Positions 10,144-17,387 of a stretch of DNA of 64,000 nt are shown in pieces (positions within the stretch are counted from its first letter, which is position 1; every line of letters starts with the position of its first letter). Location: assembly GCA_000002435.2 (NCBI GenBank), contig CM018793.1; one strand, 5' to 3'. The position numbers and the translations under genes are program-made. This DNA is from Giardia intestinalis. Its lineage: Eukaryota. Below the pieces are notes generated by a model, which had not been told where the DNA came from, did no database searches, and worked only from the letters and a program-made list of their open reading frames with translations.

Positions 10144-11385
10144 CTCTCTCCTTCAGGGCCCTTTCCTCCTCGGTCAGCACGCCGCCGCTCTGTCCGGAAG
10201 CTGATGTGTGCGCGTGAGGAGGCGGTTGAAGTAGGTCCCCTTCCCCTGCAGTGCCTGGCCGCCCACCGACAGCTCCACCGGGTCCCTGGTCCCCTTGTTG
10301 ACGTCCGGGGAGGCCCATGCCCTCCGCAGCTCGTCGTGGCAGAGCCCCGGCATGAGCAGGCCCAGGCCGCTCTTCTCCTTCGGGTACGCCAGGAAGTCGA
10401 CCAGGCGATCGCAGCTTCTGCTGGTTAGCTTGTTGAAGCCTTGTGCGACGTCTGTCGAGCTCCTCGTAGTCCGCCTTGTCCGATGTCATCTCGACCAGGG
10501 GGGCGTAGTTCACCATCGGGACCACGCAGAGTGACAGCAGGATGAGCTTCTGGTGGGTGGTTATGGGGGCAGTCTCGGCACCTGCGATGGCCTTTGGTGC
10601 GGGACTGGCTGGAGTGGGGGACACCGGGTGGCTGAGGAAGGTCACCTCCTCGCCCGCCATGGTGGACTTGCATTTGTCGCTCCTTATCGTCAGGTCCATA
10701 GCCTGCTGTACTATTGCGCCTGCTGGGTAGGCCTCATCGTGGAGCGCCACGATGTCGTCTGCATAGGCAAGGAAGGCGATGCCTCTCTCCGTGAGGCGTC
10801 TCAGAGGCGCTCGATGGCCATGCAGAAGAGGAGCGTGCTGAGCGGGTCGTCCTGGGGGACGCCGCAGACCCCGCACTTCACGTCCTTGCTGTGCCTCAGG
10901 TCGAGGAAGTTCCTGATGTAGTCGACCAGGACCTTCGGGATGCCCGCCTCGTTCAGGGCTCTGACGACCTCTGCCCTCGGGAGCGAGTTGAAGGCCTTCT
11001 TTGTGTCGAGGGAGACGGCGTGCACCTGTCCTGCTGATGAGCTCGTGGGCCCTCCTCATGCCTACCGCGTATGCGTTCTGCATGAAGGCGATCTGTTCGC
11101 ACGAGAGGTAGTTGGCATGCTTGATCAGCCGCTTCAGCAGGACGCGGTGGAAGATGTTTGTCACCGTCTCGCCATCGCGATCGGACGGTATCCGTCGGAC
11201 TCCTTCGGGATGAGGATCGCCCGGAACTCGAACATGGCCATCACGTCGGACATCGCCTCGGGGTGGGTGGTCAGCTCGTTGTACGCCTGCGTGAGGTACT
11301 TCACGAAGTCGTCGTTCTGCTTCCTCGCTTTGAGCTGGACCGCCCGAGGCCTTCTTGTTGAGGGTCCCAACAGGGCCTTCCTCAT
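10064..11385 (-). pseudogene. Reverse transcriptase domain of the dead retrotransposon (frameshifted)
   Basis: RT motifs 0/1, A, B' and C (YADD) are spread over three overlapping ORFs in different frames, so at least two frameshifts are needed to read through. Confidence 0.75.
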
Positions 11386-12312
11386 TTCTTCTTCGGTTGC
11401 CGGCTCCAGCCCGTTGAGCTCATCGATGGAGGGTAGTCAAGGCTAACGTAGCCTTCGGGGGGACGCACGGGTGTAACGCGCTGAGGGCGGCCTTGGCTTT
11501 CTCCGGCTTGATGTCAACCATGGGCGTATCATCAAGGGCGCGGAGAGCCTTGGCAACTGCTCCGAAGCTCAGCGCGTTACTCACCCTGTTTGCTATCCGG
11601 CGCCTCGCCTTCTCGGGGTCTGGGTCTGCCTTACTCTGGGACTGCTCCGTGGTGTTGCTTGAGTCCTCCAGGCCTCCTACCAGGGCGTTCAGGCCCCTGA
11701 TTGCGGGGAGCGCGACCCCAGTCCCGGGCTGCTCGATGCTCGCGATCATGCGCGCACCCTGGTGGATGAGCATGGCAGCTGTCTGGTTCGGTATGTGGGA
11801 CGGAAGGATCGGTTTGTCGTCGCCCGGTACTCTGTGTCTGTCGTTGTTTGCTTCTCTTAGATGCTCGGTTGGTTGCTTGGCACCCTCGCACGGTAGGCCA
11901 CAGAGCCAGCGTGTGTGTCCTGCCGAGAGGGCAAACGTCTTCGGAGTGGTCTCCCAAGTAGAACCTCACGATTGCTCTCTGGGGCCCGGAGGTACGATCT
12001 TGCGTTCATGATGTGGATCGGGTCTTCGCGGGCTCTCCTTCGCCTCAGATCCAGCTGTGCACACTCCCAGTCTGGGCACACACCCGCAGAACAGCTGAGG
12101 AACGCAATAGCTCCTCCCTTCCACTACTGTGGTCATTATCATATTCCATAGCCAACCCTCGTCTCCGGACATCGCCAAAAATTGAGTGGGAATTTACTCG
12201 CGAGATTTGCGGACAGCACCCGCAGGCGAGGGCCCCAGCAGCACACCACTGGAAGCAACCGGTGGGTGGAGTAAATGATGAGCGAGGATGCCGTTCAACA
12301 TAGTGACTCGTA

Positions 12313-12346
12313 CGATGGACTTACTCAGACTGCGGCCAGCAAACCA
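12313..12346 (+). repeat. Third copy of the conserved 34-nt junction element, between the retroelement 5' end and the next ankyrin gene
   Basis: 31/34 identity with 1359..1392. Weaker flanking similarity (GTAAA and TGATGAG upstream) is tentative. Confidence 0.55.
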
Positions 12347-12397
12347 ACTTCTTTTTGAAGAGAAACGACAGATTTATTCATGAGACTACAGAGCAGT

Positions 12398-13279
12398 CTA
12401 TTGGTCATTGCAACCATTGACACTAGGTGTACTGCCCCTAAGGAGAGACGCTATCTCGAGGTATCCCCTAGAAGTAATCTTGTCAAAGAAATATTCATTA
12501 GACTTGTCTATCAGATGCCCCTCTTTTTCTAATAGAAGCTTTACCACTTCTAAGTGACCCTTTAGCGCTCTATGTTCAAGAGCAGTCATCTCATTCCTAT
12601 CCTTTACACCCCCCTCCAGATCTACTAACAATCTTGCTATTTCCACGTTCCCCATAGAAGCCGCGTTCATAAGCGCAGTCATACCTACCATGTTTTGTGC
12701 ACCACTGTCGTATCTTATTACCAACTTTGCTGTCTCTATGCAACCGCGTGTGGCTGCTCGCATAAGCCTCGTGTCGCCGAATGTATCGGTTGGCTCAAGA
12801 ATATTCACAATAATTTTGTGCCCTGCCTCCTTAGCAATCATCAGGGCCATCTTGCCTTCGCTGTCGATTAAGTTCTCCTCGTACGGAATCAGAACAGAAG
12901 CAGCCTCCGCATGGCCCTCCTGTGCGGCGATCATCAGAGCAGTACGGCTGTTCTTGTTTCTTCTCCCACATTCGTAAGGGGCAAGAATTTCAACTACCTC
13001 AGGGTGGTTGTTGTGTGCGGCGTGCATGAGTGCAGTCCAGCCGTTCTTGTCCTGGAGGCCCCTCTCTTCCTCAACAAGCAACTCGACGGGATCAGCGTGC
13101 CCCTGCTCGTCGCGCTGATCAACACCGAGTCTTTCTTCAAGCAGCATCCGGACGGTCTCTGTGTTATTCGTGTGCGCGGCACGCATCAGCCTGGGCAGCA
13201 AAAGGAGGCTGGACTGAGGGCCAGCCATATTCACTCTGTCATCGAACTGTGCAAGCCTACTCTCCAGTGCCTTAATCAT
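12398..13279 (-). CDS. Ankyrin-repeat protein, Protein 21.1 family (293 aa)
   Basis: Repeated GxTALMxAA ankyrin units. Confidence 0.85.
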   Translation of the reverse strand: MIKALESRLAQFDDRVNMAGPQSSLLLLPRLMRAAHTNNTETVRMLLEERLGVDQRDEQGHADPVELLVEEERGLQDKNGWTALMHAAHNNHPEVVEILAPYECGRRNKNSRTALMIAAQEGHAEAASVLIPYEENLIDSEGKMALMIAKEAGHKIIVNILEPTDTFGDTRLMRAATRGCIETAKLVIRYDSGAQNMVGMTALMNAASMGNVEIARLLVDLEGGVKDRNEMTALEHRALKGHLEVVKLLLEKEGHLIDKSNEYFFDKITSRGYLEIASLLRGSTPSVNGCNDQ

Positions 13280-13281
13280 AG

Positions 13282-14342
13282 CTAGATGTTCCTTACTTTG
13301 GTCTTCAAGTGCGTCGATCTAGTGGATTTAGTCTTAACATCCTCTTCCAGCAGCGCGATCCTGGCGTTAGCGCCATTCAGCGCAGCCTCCAAGGATCCGC
13401 ACTTATACTTCAGCATCACGCACTGACCCCCCAACTCACTAACTGGGATGTCGAATGTAGTGAGCGTCTCATGCAGCTCCCTGACCATCGGCCTCCTCTC
13501 TGGCTCCAGCACGAATATCCTCTCCAGAACACTCTTTATGAATCCATCAGTGAGACCGCTCAGGTCCGGCCTCCACCCGTCACGAAGACCTCTGCCGGCT
13601 CCTTGCCCCCCAAGAAGTCCGGTCTCCTCAGAGTTACTAATTCATAAATGATGACCCCGAGGCTCCATACGTCGGAGGCAGGGCTGGCCTCGTTGTGGAG
13701 GAGCACCTCGGGGGCAACGTATGCCATTATTCCTATGAGAGTGCTCCCGCATCTCAGGGCGTCCTTGCAGAGGCTGAAGTTGGCGATGACGAAGCGCTCT
13801 CCGTCTGCGCTAATAAGGACGTTGGCAGGCCTGAGGTTGCGGTGGACAAACCTCCTAGTATTTGCTCCATTGACACCGTGGAGGTAGGCGAGGGCGGCGG
13901 CAAGCTGCCTCACAATTGAGAGGATCACAGCGATAGGGACGAGGTTCTTCCTTCGCTTGTGCTCGGCGAGGAGGCGCTCAAGGGTCTTGTCGTGCCGGTC
14001 CATGACGACATAGATGAGGCCCTCGTCTTCGACTACTTGGTGGTGCTTGAGGACTCCTGGGTGGGAGAGGGTAAGGATGACGGTCAATCTTGTCTTGATG
14101 GCGTCCAGATCCCCCTTGTCCAGGCCGTCGATGAGGATCTCCTGCACAGCGAGGTCCGGAAAGTCCTTGAGGGAGTAGACTGTCACCATAGTGCTTTCAT
14201 TAAGCACATCACCTAACCGCTCATGAAGCTCCCTAGGGGTGAACGGTAAGACACTGACAGCTGTTGTTGCAGGCTCAGACGAGGAAGTGTCCATCCTGGT
14301 ATTATTTTGGTAATCTACCGTTTTGGAAACGATCCTTTCCAC
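13282..14342 (-). CDS. NEK-like pseudokinase interrupted by a frameshift (ORFs 13560..14342 and 13282..13512 belong to one kinase domain); possible pseudogene or sequencing error
   Basis: The upstream ORF carries kinase subdomains III-IX with HRN replacing HRD, ANFS replacing DFG and no glycine loop, so it is a predicted inactive kinase. The downstream ORF in another frame encodes subdomain XI (LTDGFIKSVLERIFVLEPERRPMVRELHETL). Hand translation shows both frames open across 13513..13580. Confidence 0.6.
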
Positions 14343-14599
14343 AGGAGTTTATGTCTACAAGTCTACAGCGGCCCTGTATCTGTGGGGGCTTCTGCATAGG
14401 AGATGAGAAGGCCACCTGCGCGACCGTTTCACCCACCGGCGTTCCAGCGCTGACCGAGGGTGAGAAGGCCTGCTCCCCTGACCTCTGCGGACACGGGTGG
14501 TTGTGTGCCCCACTGACAGCCAGCACTTCACCCTAGTGGCTGACCATCCCTTTGTACAGCTGAAGGGAGACTCTAGTCCCCGTCGGATGCAATCAACAG

Positions 14600-15343
14600 T
14601 TAAGCGCGTTCACTCACAAGCTTCCTGGGCTGCATCTGCAAGTATGGATCTACAATACCCTCACTCTCGAGAAAAGATGCTACCTCGGAGTTATTCCATC
14701 TATTGGCCATATGGATGGCATCTACGCCACTTATGTCCCTCTCCTTCTCCAGTAACAACTTGACACAGTCCAGATGATCATGCCTTGCTGCAAGCACGAG
14801 GGCAGTATAACCTCTGCCCTTCTGCATGCCGCCCTCAATCTTCAGGAGTAGTCTCACGACCTCGGTACGGCCAACAAGTGCCGCCCACATGAGGGCTGTC
14901 CACTCCTCACTGTCCCTCATGCCGCCCTCGCACCTCATCAGCAGCTTCACCGTCTCAACGTTTCCAAGCGCTGCGGCGACCATCAGGGCCGTCCCATCGT
15001 ATATCTCTACTCTCCCTGCCTTGACAAACCTCGCCATCATCCTTGCCTGATAAGGGATGTAGCGCTTCACCGCATCCACGTCGTTCCTCTTAGCTGCCTC
15101 CATAAGTGTGGTGACGCCGTCCTCGTCCACACTGCCTTCATCATCTGTCTGTGGAGACTCGGCGGGGCTGCTCTTACCTGCGCCCTCTTCGCTCGTGTCC
15201 TTCTCTGGCGCGAGGGGCGGGGCGCAGTCGTGCTTCTGAAGGAGTTGACCTGAATCATCCACAGACGACATTTTTATTCCATGGTCACAAAGGAAACGCG
15301 TGTACTGGTAAACTTGCGATTCACGGTATTGTTTACAGATCAT
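14600..15343 (-). CDS. Ankyrin-repeat protein, Protein 21.1 family (247 aa; alternative start MSSVDD at 15271)
   Basis: TALM-type ankyrin repeats and an acidic N-terminal region. Confidence 0.8.
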   Translation of the reverse strand: MICKQYRESQVYQYTRFLCDHGIKMSSVDDSGQLLQKHDCAPPLAPEKDTSEEGAGKSSPAESPQTDDEGSVDEDGVTTLMEAAKRNDVDAVKRYIPYQARMMARFVKAGRVEIYDGTALMVAAALGNVETVKLLMRCEGGMRDSEEWTALMWAALVGRTEVVRLLLKIEGGMQKGRGYTALVLAARHDHLDCVKLLLEKERDISGVDAIHMANRWNNSEVASFLESEGIVDPYLQMQPRKLVSERA

Positions 15344-15672
15344 CCAAGATAATTCACTTCACCGGTTATTTCCTGTGCCGTGCCCCTCTGTAGTAACAAG
15401 TTGACTGCTTAGGGGCAATGAACTCTCTGAGGCCTCTCTTCGGCAACCAGGAGCTCCCTGCTCTCGTGGGTGGAACCGACACCAGAACTAGTGCTCGTGG
15501 CGATCCAAGCAAGCCTCACTCATCCGACTGGGTCTACGTCGTCCTGTCCTGCAAGGCGTGCTTGATGGATGAATTGCGGCATCCGATCGTCACTGAGGGG
15601 GTTCCGCGGGCACGCACTGCTCGAGCATGTCTTAGAGCACCGCCTACAAGTCTATATACGGCACCAGTATGC

Positions 15673-15679
15673 GTTTACT
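15673..15679 (-). promoter_or_regulatory. Putative poly(A) signal AGTAAAC about 20 nt downstream of the VSP stop
   Basis: Minus-strand AGTAAAC matches the AGTRAAY consensus. Confidence 0.4.
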
Positions 15680-15698
15680 ACCTAAGTCACATCTAAAT

Positions 15699-16292
15699 CT
15701 ACGCTTTGCCCCGGCAGAGGAACCACCAGCAGAGGAAGCCGACGAGGCCCCCGACGACGATGACAGCGGCCACAGCGATGCCAGCTATGGCGCCCGTGGA
15801 AAGGCCGCTCTTGTTGACGCTAGAAGGCACGCACTTTTTATCATCACCTAGAACAAATCCGTCGTTACACTCTGTACACGTGCCGTCGGGACATGACTTG
15901 CAGTTAGGAAGATCGCAGCCAGCGGGCGCGTCCGCGCAAACACGCTCGTTCGCGGTGGGGCCGTACGGGCACTCGTCGTAGCATCCGCCCTTGTAGAGGC
16001 TGTGCGCGCCCGTGCATGCAGTGCACGTCCCTGCCTTATCGCTTGTACCGGCCGTGCACATGCCCGCGTCCGTCTTCGCCTTGCACTCCCCGTTCACCGG
16101 GACCTTGTCCCCTGTGCACTTGGAGCAGAAGGTCTGGCCCCCGATTTCCACGTTGCAGCTGTCGGCGGCGCAGTTTGTCGCGCCGGGGTTTGCGGCGGCG
16201 CACGGCGTTGGGTTTGTCTTTGCTTTACTTGCTGTTTGCGACGCCAAGGCCATTTGCAGGGCCAAGCTTACAAAAATAAGCTTATCGAACAT
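15699..16292 (-). CDS. vsp: Variant-specific surface protein (VSP), small (197 aa)
   Basis: N-terminal signal peptide (MFDKLIFVSLALQMALA), many CxxC motifs, a C-terminal transmembrane helix and the invariant VSP cytoplasmic tail CRGKA. Confidence 0.9.
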   Translation of the reverse strand: MFDKLIFVSLALQMALASQTASKAKTNPTPCAAANPGATNCAADSCNVEIGGQTFCSKCTGDKVPVNGECKAKTDAGMCTAGTSDKAGTCTACTGAHSLYKGGCYDECPYGPTANERVCADAPAGCDLPNCKSCPDGTCTECNDGFVLGDDKKCVPSSVNKSGLSTGAIAGIAVAAVIVVGGLVGFLCWWFLCRGKA

Positions 16293-17387
16293 TGGGCCAG
16301 CGCTCGGGCAATAGCCATTTAGAAAGCAAGTTTCTTGAGAATTACGCCATGAAATGATGAAGATGGTATGATATTTGTTGTCGATACCAGGAGTGTGGCT
16401 TTCATCGACAAAGGGTGCCTAGATCAGTGTTCAGGAGAATAATAGAGTCACGTGCTGTCATCTACAGTATTTGGTGCAGAGAGGAAAGTGGAGGAGCTCA
16501 GATGAGAGTAAGTATGTAGCTAGAGGTACGCTATTATCAGTGACTGTTTGTTATGAAAGGAATAAGCAGGCCACAGCAGAGGCTTTCCTATCAGTCCTCT
16601 ACATTAGATCCAATGTGTCGCCGGGATCTCTGGGCGGTGCCAGCATCTAGCTGATGCACGCGACCGTTGTTGTTCAGCCGCCTATCTTGCCCACAGCCCC
16701 AGACCTGTCCCTGGGTCTTAAATCATCAGTGGTTTTCCCGCTCCCAGCAGCTCTGATCTGCGGGGGTATTGTCATTAGCTAACGGTAGAGCAAAAGATGT
16801 GTCCCTCTGGGTTATCAGACTCTTATGGCGTCATCTAATTAGCTTCACCTTATGCTTTTTCACCCGACTATCTTATAGATAAGACTCTGGATTAATACCT
16901 TTTGACGTTTAAAGAGTCCCTTGAGACTCCTCTTCGATTTGCGACAGAAGGAGCCGTCATACTATGGAATCCCCTGTCCAGTATCTCCATCTCTTCGTTG
17001 CAGAAGTCCATCTGGCAAAAATAACTTACATTCATCGTCTCTGCTTGTCGACAGGCAAAGTATCTAGCTTCTATTCTGATCATTTGGTGATTAGGCCTGA
17101 TCTGACTATTTAGTATGAGTCCGTTGCAGTCGTGTTGTGATTGAGCCATTTTTATTGCTCTTTTTTGTAGAAATCCCGCGCATTGATAAACAGTATGTAT
17201 TAAGAGTTGAGATGCACTAATGGAGAGACAATTGGAATAGGTCTTTTCCCGCAGGTTGTAGCCTTAAGTTTATGGTCAATAGCTTGCCTTCTCTTCTAGA
17301 CACAGTCAAAGGTTCAACGAAGCTCTACGAAGCGCTGTCTATGAAGAAGACCCGATGTCGCAATATGAACAGCATGCCCCACTTTCA

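Larger units (their letters stand above)
9647..12250 (-). mobile_element. Degenerate non-LTR retrotransposon remnant (GilD/GENIE-type 'dead' element): N-terminal region, RT domain and C-terminal REL-type endonuclease split over several frames
   Basis: RT motif 0/1 (ILIPKESDGYRPIAMA, ORF 11161..11385), motifs A and B' (SLDTKKAFNSLPR and GVPQDDPLSTLLF, ORF 10801..11025) and motif C (FLAYADDIVAL, ORF 10064..11164) are all on the minus strand but in different frames. An R2-like endonuclease (KPDIWLV..AVDVGV..KKY) lies in ORFs 9721..10143 and 9647..9949. The 5' boundary near 12250 is approximate. Confidence 0.75.
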
